A stretch of DNA of 64,000 bases from Acidimicrobiales bacterium (GCA_035510855.1 DATKGG010000069.1:9788-73787); one strand, 5' to 3'; shown: positions 46,766 through 56,012, counted from the first letter of the stretch. A program made the numbers and translations. The notes: generated from the letters alone by a model not told the origin.

Positions 46766-47357
46766 CGCCTCGCGCCTCGACCTGCTGGCCCCCGGCGGAC
46801 CCGGGCCGACCCGCCCCATTCCTCGGACACGATCCCGACCGCCGGATACTCGAGGGGCCCACCAGGTGCGCGTTCGGTGCCGGGACAGAGCCGTATCATC
46901 GCGGCCTCGCGCGGTGCCCAGCTGGGTAGGACCATCGTCACACCGAGCTCACTCGCGACCTGGAGCCGAGCCTCGGGTACCAGCCGGGATGGCCTTCGAC
47001 GGTCACGAGCGGCTCGGAGTCGGCGTCTGCTTTCGACAGCGCCTCGAACACGAGCGCGGTACCGACTCCGATGCGCTGGCCGCCCACCCGCCCACGCAGC
47101 GGGCAGGGCGCGAGCATGCCGTGTCGAGCCGGTGACGAGTCCAGCACGTGCGCGCGGCTCAAGACCACGCGCTCGACCAGCCATCCAGCTGGGCGACCAG
47201 CTCGAACTCGCACAGGTGCGCCGCCGACGCTCGCAGTGCCCAAGCGCGCTGACGATCGATCGTCGGGGATGAGGGCCTCGAGTAGCACGCCCTCGATCGC
47301 GGCGGCGTCCTCGTCGCGGGGAGCCCGAGCCGCGGCACGCGGCGAGGAGCTCTTCAT
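46762..47357 (-). pseudogene. GNAT (YhbS-like) N-acetyltransferase interrupted by a 1-nt frameshift
   Basis: Frame A (46938..47357) carries ...GQRIGVGTALV...TVEGHPGWYPRLG, then 7 junk codons and a stop. Frame B (down to 46762) continues QVASELGVTMVLPSWAPREAAMIRLCP...GGPLEYPAVG, the expected GNAT C-terminus, and ends in an ATGA overlap with the next gene. The shift is near 46962-46968. Confidence 0.55.
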
Positions 47358-47887
47358 GGCACCTCAGGCGCTGGTTGGGCTCGGCGCCCCGGCGGGAAAT
47401 TGCCGAGCTCGGCGCCCATGGCCTTCCCGATGTTGGCCACGTGGAGGTGGATCTCGTCGAGCAGGTCGGTCGCTCGCTTTACCTGCCCGGTGAGCTCGGT
47501 GTTCTCCGCGATGAGTGTCTTGATGTCCTCGGTGTTGTGCTCGGTGTGCAACGCGATCTCCGAAGCGATCCCGTCGGACCGCTTTGCCGCGATGAGCAGG
47601 GCCGCGGCCTGGACGCCGGCGAGCATCGACAGGAACAGGTTGAGCAGGATGTACGGATATGGATCGAAGGCCTTGTGACTCGAGAGATGTGCCAAGACCA
47701 ACGAGTTGACGATGACCCAGATAGCCATCACGGCGAAGAAGGAGCCCACGAAGGGCCACGAGCCCATCGCGTTTCGCATCCGGTCCGCGGCTCGCTCGCC
47801 GAGGGTCAGGTCCGATCCCGAGCGCACGCCTGGATGGATGTGCCAAAGGCTCTGGAAGCCGCGCGACGCCACGCGTGAGCGTCGCAC
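47354..47887 (-). CDS. DUF1003-domain membrane protein
   Basis: ORF 47354..48238 trimmed to GTG 47885-47887. An ATG at 48007 is possible, but that stretch has weaker third-position GC. GERAADRMRNAMGSWPFVG, FDPYPYILLNLFLSMLAGVQAA and a C-terminal coiled coil fit DUF1003. Confidence 0.6.
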   Translation of the reverse strand: MRRSRVASRGFQSLWHIHPGVRSGSDLTLGERAADRMRNAMGSWPFVGSFFAVMAIWVIVNSLVLAHLSSHKAFDPYPYILLNLFLSMLAGVQAAALLIAAKRSDGIASEIALHTEHNTEDIKTLIAENTELTGQVKRATDLLDEIHLHVANIGKAMGAELGNFPPGRRAQPAPEVP

Positions 47888-48053
47888 ACCGGGTCCCGGC
47901 GCGAGGGGACCAGCGCGCAGCCCGATCCCGTCGAGCGAGGTGCCGAAGAAATGTGCGTGCGACAAGAAGTGACCTGCCAGTAGTGCACGGGGACGAGGGT
48001 CGCGCATGCGACCATGGGAACGCACATCTCTGCCCGCCGAGGAGGACGCCGCA

Positions 48054-49292
48054 GTGCTCGCATTCACGCTCCCGGACCACGGCTCGGAGTGGCCCGGCAT
48101 GGGCGACTCCTGGTCAGCGCACCCGTCCTGGGATCTCGTCGACGCAGCGAGCGAGGCTGCCAACAGGGACGTCGCCGCACTGCTCCACGCCGGCGGCACG
48201 GAGCAGCTCCAAGCGATCGAGAACGCGCACCTCGCCACGTTCGTGCTCAGCCTCGTCGCGCTGGACGCCGCCGAGCGGCTGGGCCTCGCCCCGATGGCCG
48301 TGTGCGGCTACGGCCTCGGTGAGTACACGGCGCTCGTGGCATCGGGCGCGCTGGACTTCGACACCGCGGTCCGACTTGTCCTCGAGCGCGGCCGGGCGGC
48401 TCGGATCGAGCGCGCAAGCGCGCTCGGCGCCACCGTCGCGATCTGTGGGCTTGGCGACGACGACGTGGAGGCTGCGTGCGCCCGGGCAGACGGCGACGCC
48501 TACGTCGCGGGCTACGACGCGCCCGGCCGCGTCATCGTGTCGGGCAGCCCCGAAGGCGTCGCGAGGACGATCGAGGTCGCTCGCTCGCTCGGCGCGACCG
48601 TCGACGAGCTCGCGGACAGCGGCGGCTTCCACACCCCCGCCCTCGCGGGCGCGCGCGACCGGCTCCGCAAGCTCCTGGCGGAGGCGACGTTCCGGGACCC
48701 CGATCCCGTGGTGGTCGCGAACGTCGACGCGAGGCGCCATGCGGACCCCGCTGAGTGGCCGGGCCTCCTGTCGTCGCAGCTCTGCGCGCCCGTGCGGTGG
48801 CGCCAGAGCGTCGAGATGCTGTTTGCCGACGGCGTGCGTACGTTCGTCGAGTTCGGCGCGGGCACCACGCTCGGGACCGCGACGAGGACGTCGCTGCCGC
48901 GCCGGTCTGTCCAGACCTTCTCGATCGCGTCGCCGCTGGACCTCGAGGTGCTGGTGGACCGCCTGATCGCCACACCGTCGATGCGACGCGCCGAGGTGCG
49001 CGATCACGACCAGCTCGCGGGACGCCTGGTCGTCTCCCCCGCGGCCGGCGCGTTCCGGCCGGCTGAGGGCCTTGCCCACACCGCGCCGAGCCTCGCGGCG
49101 GTGACCACGAGCGGGGACGTCGCGACGGTGTCACCAACGCGCATCGACGTGGGGGACCTCGTGGGATGGGTCGGCGAGGTCGAGGTTCGCTCGGCCTTCG
49201 CCGGGACGCTCGGCGGCTTGCTCGTGATCCCCGGGGAGCGCGTGATGCCGAGCCAGCCCGTCGCCTGGCTCGACGCCGGCGTCGACGCGTAG
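48054..49292 (+). CDS. malonyl-CoA:ACP transacylase (FabD)-like protein with a non-canonical nucleophile motif and a C-terminal biotinyl/lipoyl-like domain
   Basis: ORF 48006..49292 trimmed to GTG 48054 (GAGGAGG 8 nt upstream). The FabD fold is collinear (LAFTLPDHGSEWPGMG, ENAHLATFVLS, SGGFHTPAL, QLCAPVRW), but GHSLGE reads GYGLGE. The last 90 aa or so (VVSPAAGAFRP...VGDLVGWVGEVEVRSAFAGTLGGLLVIPGERV) resemble a BCCP/lipoyl barrel without the Lys. Confidence 0.65.
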   Translation: MLAFTLPDHGSEWPGMGDSWSAHPSWDLVDAASEAANRDVAALLHAGGTEQLQAIENAHLATFVLSLVALDAAERLGLAPMAVCGYGLGEYTALVASGALDFDTAVRLVLERGRAARIERASALGATVAICGLGDDDVEAACARADGDAYVAGYDAPGRVIVSGSPEGVARTIEVARSLGATVDELADSGGFHTPALAGARDRLRKLLAEATFRDPDPVVVANVDARRHADPAEWPGLLSSQLCAPVRWRQSVEMLFADGVRTFVEFGAGTTLGTATRTSLPRRSVQTFSIASPLDLEVLVDRLIATPSMRRAEVRDHDQLAGRLVVSPAAGAFRPAEGLAHTAPSLAAVTTSGDVATVSPTRIDVGDLVGWVGEVEVRSAFAGTLGGLLVIPGERVMPSQPVAWLDAGVDA

Positions 49293-49364
49293 CCGTCGCA
49301 CCGCGTCGCGGACTGGCACGCGTCAGCTCGGGTAGCCTCGCGCCGAGTCGAGGCGGAGGTCGTC

Positions 49365-50783
49365 GTGGCAGAGATCGTCGTGCTGGGAGCAGGCGTCGTC
49401 GGGCTCGGGACCGCGATGCTCCTCGCCAAGGACGGCCACGACGTGACCGTCCTCGAGCGTGATGCGACGCCACCGGCGAGCACGCCCGAGGGGGCATGGG
49501 AGCGCTGGGAGCGGCGAGGTGTCAACCAGTTCCGCCTGCCGCACTACTTCTTGGCGAGGTATCGCTCCGTCCTCGACGCAGAGCTCCCCGACGTCGCGCG
49601 TTCGATCGAGCAGGTCGGCGGGCTCCGGCACAATCCCCTGCTCGAGATACCCGAGGCAATCCGCGGACCCGAGCGCCCCGACGATGCGGACTGCGAGGTC
49701 CTCACCGGCCGCCGCCCGGTCATGGAGCTCGCCGTCGCTGCCGCGGCCGAGCGCGCCCGCGGCGTCACGGTTCGACGAGGCACGCCGGTCAGCGGCCTGC
49801 TCGCGGGGTCCCCGAGCCGCGAGGGCACCCCGCACGTGGTGGGCGTTCGGACCGAGTCGGGCGAGGAGGTGCGCGGCGACTTGGTCGTGGACGTGACCGG
49901 CCGCCGCTCGCCGACCCCGCGCTGGCTCGAAGAGCTCGGCACGAAGCCGCCGGTCGAAGAGCTGGAGGACAGCGGCTTCATGTACTTCGGTCGCCACTAC
50001 CGCTCCGAGGACGGCAGCTTGCCGTTCGCCTTGGGCGGCGGCATCCAGCACTTCGGCACCATCTCGTCGCTGACGCTGCCCGCCGACAACGGCACCTGGG
50101 GCGTGGGGATCGTGACGAGCGCCAAGGACAAGGCCTTGCTCGGGCTCCGCGACCTCGGCCGATGGGAGTCGGTCTTCGGAGCACTGCCGATGGTCGCGCA
50201 CTGGATGGAGGGCACGCCGATCGACGACAAGATCACCTCGATGTCCAAGATCGAAGACCGGATCCGCACCTTCCACGTCGACGGCGCCCCGATCGTCACG
50301 GGAATGGTGTCGGTCGGGGACGCGTGGGCGTGCTCCAACCCGTCGCTCGGTCGCGGCGCGTCCCTCGGGATGCTCCACGGGTTGGTGCTCTGCGACCTGG
50401 TCCGCGACGTCGGACTCGACGACCCCTTCGAGCTCGCCGCAGCGTTCGCGGCTTCCACCGATGACCAGCTCCGACCATGGTTCGAGTGGACGAGGGCGAC
50501 GGACCGTCACCGCGTGGCCCAGGTCGATGCCGGCGTCGCCGGCGAGCGCTATGAGCCGGACGACGACGACTTCGAGCTCGAGCAGGCGCTCGCGAGCGCG
50601 TCGTCCAAGGACCCCGATCTCCTTCGGATCAACATCCGAGGGGCGCTCGTGCTCGAGCGACCACGCGACGCGCTGCAGCGCCTCGACCTGATCGACCGCG
50701 TCAGCGAGCTCGGCGGGGCCTGGCGCGACGAGCCCATGGCAGCGCCCGACCGCGACGAGCTCGTCCGCCTCGCCTCGGCGTGA
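49365..50783 (+). CDS. FAD-dependent oxidoreductase/monooxygenase-like flavoprotein
   Basis: 472 aa. GTG preceded by GGAGG. EIVVLGAGVVGLGTAMLLAKDGHDVTVLERD dinucleotide-binding motif, later DLVVDVTGRRS and VGDAWACSNPSLGRG (GD-type FAD motif). Confidence 0.75.
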   Translation: MAEIVVLGAGVVGLGTAMLLAKDGHDVTVLERDATPPASTPEGAWERWERRGVNQFRLPHYFLARYRSVLDAELPDVARSIEQVGGLRHNPLLEIPEAIRGPERPDDADCEVLTGRRPVMELAVAAAAERARGVTVRRGTPVSGLLAGSPSREGTPHVVGVRTESGEEVRGDLVVDVTGRRSPTPRWLEELGTKPPVEELEDSGFMYFGRHYRSEDGSLPFALGGGIQHFGTISSLTLPADNGTWGVGIVTSAKDKALLGLRDLGRWESVFGALPMVAHWMEGTPIDDKITSMSKIEDRIRTFHVDGAPIVTGMVSVGDAWACSNPSLGRGASLGMLHGLVLCDLVRDVGLDDPFELAAAFAASTDDQLRPWFEWTRATDRHRVAQVDAGVAGERYEPDDDDFELEQALASASSKDPDLLRINIRGALVLERPRDALQRLDLIDRVSELGGAWRDEPMAAPDRDELVRLASA

Positions 50784-50826
50784 CGCCACGGCACCAGCGA
50801 CGACACCCCGACGGGCTGGAGGGCGC

Positions 50827-51636
50827 ATGGCACGAGTGACGGTCGACGGCGTAGGGATCAGCTACGAGATCGCGGGCGAGGGCCGACCGGTCCTGCTCCT
50901 GCACGGCTTCCCCGACACCGGCGCATGCTGGCGGCACCAGGTCCCGGCCTTGGTCGACGCGGGCTTCCAGGTGATCGTGCCGGACCTCCGCGGCTACGGG
51001 GACTCGGACAAGCCAGCCGACGTCGCGGCGTACTCGCTCCCCTTCCTTGCGGGCGACGTGCTCGGGGTGCTTGACGACCTGGGCATCCAACGCGCCCACG
51101 TGGTCGGCCACGACTGGGGGGCGGCCCTCGCATGGGTGCTCGCGTCGCTCGTCGCGGACCGCGTCGACCAGCTCGTCGTGCTCTCCGTCGGGCACCCGTC
51201 GGGCTTCCTTCGGACGCTCGAGCAGCGCGAGAAGTCCTGGTACATGCTCCTCTTCCAGTTCGAAGGGGTCGCGGAGCACTGGCTGTCCGACGACGACTGG
51301 GCGAACTTCAAGGACTGGGCGCACCATCCCGACCCCGAGGTGACCACACGGCTCGAGGCCGACGGCTCGCTCACCCCGGCGCTCAACTACTACCGCGCGA
51401 ACCTCTCGCCGGAGACCTGGATCGCGCCGCCGGCCGCGCTTGGGACGGTGGCAGCATCCACGATGGGCGTCTGGAGCACCGGCGACATGGCGCTCACCGA
51501 GGTCCAGATGACCGACTCGCGCGCCCACGTGACCGGACCGTGGCGCTACGAGCGGATCGAAGGTGCGGGGCACTGGCTGCAGCTCGAGGCACCTCGCCGC
51601 GTCAACGAGCTGCTGGTCGACTTCCTCGAGCGCTGA
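50827..51636 (+). CDS. alpha/beta hydrolase, epoxide-hydrolase/haloalkane-dehalogenase type
   Basis: 269 aa. LLLHGFPDTGACWRHQ, PDLRGYGDS, nucleophile elbow VVGHDWGAALAW (Asp nucleophile type), C-terminal GAGHWLQLE. Confidence 0.85.
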   Translation: MARVTVDGVGISYEIAGEGRPVLLLHGFPDTGACWRHQVPALVDAGFQVIVPDLRGYGDSDKPADVAAYSLPFLAGDVLGVLDDLGIQRAHVVGHDWGAALAWVLASLVADRVDQLVVLSVGHPSGFLRTLEQREKSWYMLLFQFEGVAEHWLSDDDWANFKDWAHHPDPEVTTRLEADGSLTPALNYYRANLSPETWIAPPAALGTVAASTMGVWSTGDMALTEVQMTDSRAHVTGPWRYERIEGAGHWLQLEAPRRVNELLVDFLER

Positions 51637-51647
51637 GGCGCAGCCGG

Positions 51648-52166
51648 TCAGGTCAGGCTGAGCCACTTGCGGCCGTCGAGGAGCTCGCGCGCCGCGTCGA
51701 GGTGGCCGGCGTGACAGGCGGTCTCGGCGATCACGTGCAGGAGGACGACGCGCAGGTCCGGGACGTCCCAGTCGCCCCACCACTCGTCGCGCTGGGCGGG
51801 CGCCTGGTCGAGCGGCGTCGCGGCGATGACCGCGTTCGAGCGACCGATCTCGTCGCGGTATGCGGCGAGCAGCTGCTGGGCGTCGGCCTCCGCAGCGACC
51901 TCCCAAAAGTCCTGCTTCTCCTCCGGCTCCGTGCCGAAGAAGTCGAGTGACTCGCCGCCGACGATGCACCGGAACCAGTAGTGCTCGACGTCGAACGCCA
52001 GGTGCTGGACCATTCCGAGGAACGACCAGCCAGACGGCAGCATCGCGCGACGGAGCTGCACGTCGTCGAGGCCCTCGAGGATGCCGAGGACGTGCTCGCG
52101 CTGCCCGCCGAGCCACTCGACCAGCGACGTTCGCTCCGCGTCGTCATCTCGCACTCGCTCTCCCAT
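51648..52166 (-). CDS. DinB/DUF664-family protein (mycothiol-transferase-like)
   Basis: 172 aa. ERTSLVEWLGGQREHVLGILEGL, LGMVQHLAFDVEHYW, IAETACHAGHLD are the His-containing four-helix DinB pattern. Confidence 0.7.
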   Translation of the reverse strand: MGERVRDDDAERTSLVEWLGGQREHVLGILEGLDDVQLRRAMLPSGWSFLGMVQHLAFDVEHYWFRCIVGGESLDFFGTEPEEKQDFWEVAAEADAQQLLAAYRDEIGRSNAVIAATPLDQAPAQRDEWWGDWDVPDLRVVLLHVIAETACHAGHLDAARELLDGRKWLSLT

Positions 52167-52350
52167 CGTCCACGCTTCTCTCGGGCCAGCACCCGCCAGG
52201 TCTGCCCGAAGGTACCTCCCTGCTAGGCCAGCCCGTTCAGTTCCTCAGACCCCCTCGAACGGCGGCGTCGGGCGGACGTACCGCGGCGAGCGGCCCTCGT
52301 GAGATGCCGGCACGAGCAAGCTCGATGGCGACTTGGCGGGCTCGAAACCT

Positions 52351-52427
52351 TGGTGGGCGCTGCGGGACTCGAACCCACGACCTCAGCCGTGTGAAGGCTG
52401 CGCTCTAACCAGCTGAGCTAAGCGCCC
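52351..52427 (-). tRNA. tRNA-Val (anticodon CAC), CCA encoded
   Basis: Reverse complement is GGGCGCT TA GCTC AGCTGGTT AGAGC G CAGCC TTCACAC GGCTG AGGTC GTGGG TTCGAGT CCCGC AGCGCCC A CCA. It has a 7-bp acceptor, a 4-bp D stem, a 5-bp anticodon stem, a 5-bp T stem with a TTCGAGT loop, and anticodon CAC. Confidence 0.92.
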
Positions 52428-52486
52428 GGGACGACGATGCTACCGGGCCGTGCGAGACCGTCGAGATGGCTGGATAGCCTCGTCGT

Positions 52487-53194
52487 GTGACCGACGACGC
52501 AGCAGAGGCGACGTCGGTGCCCGAGCGGACCGGATTCCTCTCGCGCTTCGCACCGAAGCCATCGGGTCCGCTGTCGGACCAGGATCTGCGCGGACGAATG
52601 CGAACCCTTGATCCGCTGGAGCGCAAGTGGGGCTTCGGCGTTGGCGCGGTGCCACTCCTTGTCGCGCTCATCCTCATGCCGCGAGTCCTCCACAACACGC
52701 CGGGCACCGCGCCGTGGAGGGTCGTCAACAAGCACTGCCTCAAGCCGGGCCACCTCGTCGGCGGCGCCGGCAGCGCCTGCGTCGTGAACGTGACGTTCAC
52801 CCCGGGGCACTACGCGCTCGAGTTCGGGCTCCTCGTGGTCCTCGGTGCGGTCATCATGTTCGCCGTCTGGAAGTCGATGCGCGTGCTGGCGGCGGTCGCC
52901 AGCATCTTTTCGGGGCTCGCGACCGGGCTGGTCGGGCTGCTCGCCATCCTCTACGGCGCGTGGCTGCTGCTGCGGTCGTGGCGGCTCCAGCGCTACGGCG
53001 TGACGGACGGGGCGTCGGTCCGCAAGGTCGCGACCGAGCGCGCCTCGGAACGGCGCGCGGCGAAGAAGCTTTCACCGAGCTCCTCGGAGCGGCGCGAGTC
53101 GAAGCGTTCTGCGGCGAGCATCGCGACGACGGGCACGAAGCCAGTCACCTCCTCGAAGCGCTACACCCCCAAGGCGAAACCCCGAAAGCGGTGA
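52487..53194 (+). CDS. hypothetical membrane protein
   Basis: 235 aa. GTG start. Three or four hydrophobic helices and a basic Ser/Lys/Arg-rich C-tail. Ends 2 nt before plsC. No family recognised. Confidence 0.5.
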   Translation: MTDDAAEATSVPERTGFLSRFAPKPSGPLSDQDLRGRMRTLDPLERKWGFGVGAVPLLVALILMPRVLHNTPGTAPWRVVNKHCLKPGHLVGGAGSACVVNVTFTPGHYALEFGLLVVLGAVIMFAVWKSMRVLAAVASIFSGLATGLVGLLAILYGAWLLLRSWRLQRYGVTDGASVRKVATERASERRAAKKLSPSSSERRESKRSAASIATTGTKPVTSSKRYTPKAKPRKR

Positions 53195-53196
53195 GC

Positions 53197-53955
53197 ATGA
53201 GCGACCAGCCGCGACCGGACGTGTCGGTCCGACCGGGTCTCGACTTCCCGACCGCCTGGGCGAGGGGTCGGCCCGCGAGGATCGTCCGGGCGATCCTGCA
53301 GGACTTCATCATCGTGCCGCTCGCGTGGTTCCTCGCGCCCCGGATGCGGCGGGGGGTCGCCGCGCTGCGTCGTGTCGACGGCGCGTTCATCCTCGCGTCG
53401 AACCACCAGAGCCACGCGGACACCTCGATCATCGTCGCGTCGCTGCCTCGATCGCTCCGTCGTCGACTCGTCGTCGCCGCGGCGTCGGACGTCTTTTTCT
53501 CCTCGCCGCTGCGAGCGGCGTTCGCCGCGCTCGTCTACAACGCCATCCCGATCGAGCGCCACAAGGTCGAGCGCCGGTCGGCCGGACTCGCGCGCGAGCT
53601 GCTGGGCGAGGGCTGGGGGCTGCTCATCTTCCCCGAGGGGCACCGCTCCGAGGACGGCAGGCTTCTCGAGTTCAAGGGCGGCGCCGCGTACCTCGCGGAT
53701 CGCGCCGGCGCCCAGATCCTCCCCTGCTACCTCGAGAACACGAGGTTCGTGCTCCCCCGGCTGTTCGCGAAGACGTCCCAGGGGGTGGACCGATCACCCT
53801 CGAGGCTCCGCACGCCGGTGAGCGTCACCTTCGGCCCGGCGATCTTTCCTGCCGAGGGTGAGACGACGAGGCGCCTCGGGGCACGCATCGAGTCCGCGGT
53901 CACGCACCTCGGTCGCGACGTCGCTGGCGACCCGCTCTGCGGCTCTCCTGCCTGA
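53197..53955 (+). CDS. plsC: 1-acyl-sn-glycerol-3-phosphate acyltransferase-family protein
   Basis: ORF 52627..53955 trimmed to ATG 53197. ILASNHQSHADT (H-x4-D), LLIFPEGHRS (FPEG) and EFKGGAAYLA blocks. Confidence 0.8.
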   Translation: MSDQPRPDVSVRPGLDFPTAWARGRPARIVRAILQDFIIVPLAWFLAPRMRRGVAALRRVDGAFILASNHQSHADTSIIVASLPRSLRRRLVVAAASDVFFSSPLRAAFAALVYNAIPIERHKVERRSAGLARELLGEGWGLLIFPEGHRSEDGRLLEFKGGAAYLADRAGAQILPCYLENTRFVLPRLFAKTSQGVDRSPSRLRTPVSVTFGPAIFPAEGETTRRLGARIESAVTHLGRDVAGDPLCGSPA

Positions 53956-53967
53956 CGACGGCGCGAC

Positions 53968-54678
53968 TCAGCGCAACGGGCGAGCCCGCGTGGCGGCACC
54001 CAGCCGCTCGTCGCGCAGCCCCCGCGAGGGGTCCGGCTCGATCGAGGCGAGCCCATCGGCGCCGAGCGCGAGCGCGAGCAGCCAGTCCGCGAGCGCGGGA
54101 TTGCGCGCGAGGACCGGTCCGTGCAGGTAGGTCCCGACGAGTCGTCCCTCGAGCGCGCCGTCGGTCCCGTCGCCATTGCCGACGCCGATCGTGACGTGCC
54201 CGAGTGGCGCAAGGTCCTCGTCGCGCACCGTGCGCCCCGCGTGGTTCTCGAAGCCAGTGAGCGGGAGGTAGACCGCGTCGCCGTCGACGACGACCTCGCC
54301 GACCGCGCGGGGACCACGGCTCGAGACGGTGTCGAGCCCGAAGAGCCCGAGCCCCTCTGCGCGAGTGCCGTCACCCACCGCGAAACTGCGCCCGAGGACC
54401 TGGAGACCGGCGCAGACCGCGAGCACGACGGCGCCGTCGGCCACGCGACCGCGCAGCGTCCCGTCACGATCGAGCCGCTCGACGGCGAGCTGCTGGGGTC
54501 CGTCCTCGCCGCCCCCGAGGCAGTAGACGTCGGCCTCAGGGAGAGGTCCGTCACTTCGTGCCTCGACGTGGACCGCCTCGATCCCGCGCAGCGACGCGCG
54601 CCGTTCCAGGACGATGCCGTTGCCCCGGTCCCCGTAGGTCCCGAGGAGGTCCGGGTAGACAGTCACGACGCGCAGCAT
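53968..54678 (-). CDS. gatD: lipid II isoglutaminyl synthase, glutaminase subunit GatD (CobB/CobQ-type amidotransferase)
   Basis: 236 aa, directly downstream of murT. VYPDLLGTYGDRGN, nucleophile context LAVCAGLQVLG, TYLHGPVLARNP. Confidence 0.8.
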   Translation of the reverse strand: MLRVVTVYPDLLGTYGDRGNGIVLERRASLRGIEAVHVEARSDGPLPEADVYCLGGGEDGPQQLAVERLDRDGTLRGRVADGAVVLAVCAGLQVLGRSFAVGDGTRAEGLGLFGLDTVSSRGPRAVGEVVVDGDAVYLPLTGFENHAGRTVRDEDLAPLGHVTIGVGNGDGTDGALEGRLVGTYLHGPVLARNPALADWLLALALGADGLASIEPDPSRGLRDERLGAATRARPLR

Positions 54679-55899
54679 TCAGCGACCCTCGAATAGCTCG
54701 GCGAACGCGGTGTAGTTCGCGATCACGTCGACTGTCCGCTGACCGGCGCCTGCCGTGGCGATCGCACGGTGGGGATCGGTGTCGGTCGTGTGCTCGACGC
54801 CCGCGTAGAAGAGCCTCGTCGACAGGTCGCGCCACCTGTCGCCGGTCGCAACGACCCGACGCCCGGCGAGGTTCTCGAACTCGACGTCATAGAGCCACGA
54901 GGGATCGAGGCCATCGGCGACCCTCGCGTTGACCGCGACGACGACGGGCGCCGTGTCGTCGGCGAGCAAGTGCAGCAGCGCACTCCACCCCGCAGGATTC
55001 TTCGCGAGGAGGAGTCTCGCGCCGGTCCCGTCGACGTCGATCACCGAGAACCTGCCCACCACGTCGGTCACCGCGCAGATCGCCGCGGCCGCCGCTCGGG
55101 TGTCGACGCCGAGCCGAACCGCCGCCAGGAGCGCGGCGAGCCCGTTGCCGCGATTGAAGGCGCCCGGGAGGGCCATCGTGAAGGGCACCCGTTCGCCGTC
55201 GACGATCGCGGCGCCATCGTGCAGGGTCGCGTCGACGACCGGGCGCGCGAGGCCGCACTCGCATCGCCAACCGAGATCATCGAACCGGATGCGACCCAGG
55301 CAGCGAGGACAAGAGCTCGCGTCCTCGCAGAACTCCAGTCCACCCGCGAACCACGCGACGTGTGGCGCGCCGATGGCGGCGCTCACGACCAAGGGATCAT
55401 CCGCGTTGGCGACGCAGATACCCCTGAGGTCTGCGACCGCCGTCTGCCAGGAACGGGCTACGTGGCGGACCTCGGAGGTCCGGTCGAGCTGGTCCCTCGA
55501 GAGGTTGAGCAGCACGACAGCGCTCGGGCGCTCGATCGGGATCGCACGAGGGAGCCAGACCTCGTCGCACTCGAGCACCGCGACGCTGGCGGGCATGCCC
55601 CCGAGAGCGGCAAGGTGACCGGGGAGCATGTTCGAGCCCGTGGCGTTCGTCGCGACGGCGCCCTTCGTCGACAGTGCCGCGGTCAGGCATGCCGTCGTCG
55701 TCGTCTTGCCGTTCGTGCCGCTCACGAGTGCGAGCTCGAGGCCGCACGCGAGACGACCCAGCAAGCGCGGTGCCAGCCGCATCGCGACGCGGCCCCCCGC
55801 GACGGTCCCGCGGCCGCGGCCCGTCTGGCGCGAGGCGAGGTTCACGAGGCGCATCGCGGTGAGACCGGCACGATCCCTGAGAGAGAGGCGCCCGCTCAT
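54679..55899 (-). CDS. murT: lipid II isoglutaminyl synthase, Mur-ligase-like subunit MurT
   Basis: ORF 54679..56142 trimmed to ATG 55897-55899. VSGTNGKTTTTA P-loop, Cys4 ribbon CPRCLGRIRFDDLGWRCECG typical of MurT, and a C-terminal DUF1727-like region. Confidence 0.85.
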   Translation of the reverse strand: MSGRLSLRDRAGLTAMRLVNLASRQTGRGRGTVAGGRVAMRLAPRLLGRLACGLELALVSGTNGKTTTTACLTAALSTKGAVATNATGSNMLPGHLAALGGMPASVAVLECDEVWLPRAIPIERPSAVVLLNLSRDQLDRTSEVRHVARSWQTAVADLRGICVANADDPLVVSAAIGAPHVAWFAGGLEFCEDASSCPRCLGRIRFDDLGWRCECGLARPVVDATLHDGAAIVDGERVPFTMALPGAFNRGNGLAALLAAVRLGVDTRAAAAAICAVTDVVGRFSVIDVDGTGARLLLAKNPAGWSALLHLLADDTAPVVVAVNARVADGLDPSWLYDVEFENLAGRRVVATGDRWRDLSTRLFYAGVEHTTDTDPHRAIATAGAGQRTVDVIANYTAFAELFEGR

Positions 55900-56012
55900 G
55901 CGGCGCGACAGGCGGTTGGCCGCCTGACCGACCGTGCGTCGTCGAGCTCGACGGTCGCTGCAGACATTGGCGGCGACGCTAGCGGTGTGCCCGAATCGCG
56001 CTTGAACAAGAC

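Noticed and set aside
51648-52350. Possible genomic island integrated at the 3' end of tRNA-Val, since accessory-looking genes lie on that side.
   Set aside because: There is no integrase, recombinase, transposase or phage gene. I could find no direct repeat of the tRNA 3' end by eye. A computed repeat search would be needed to revive this idea.
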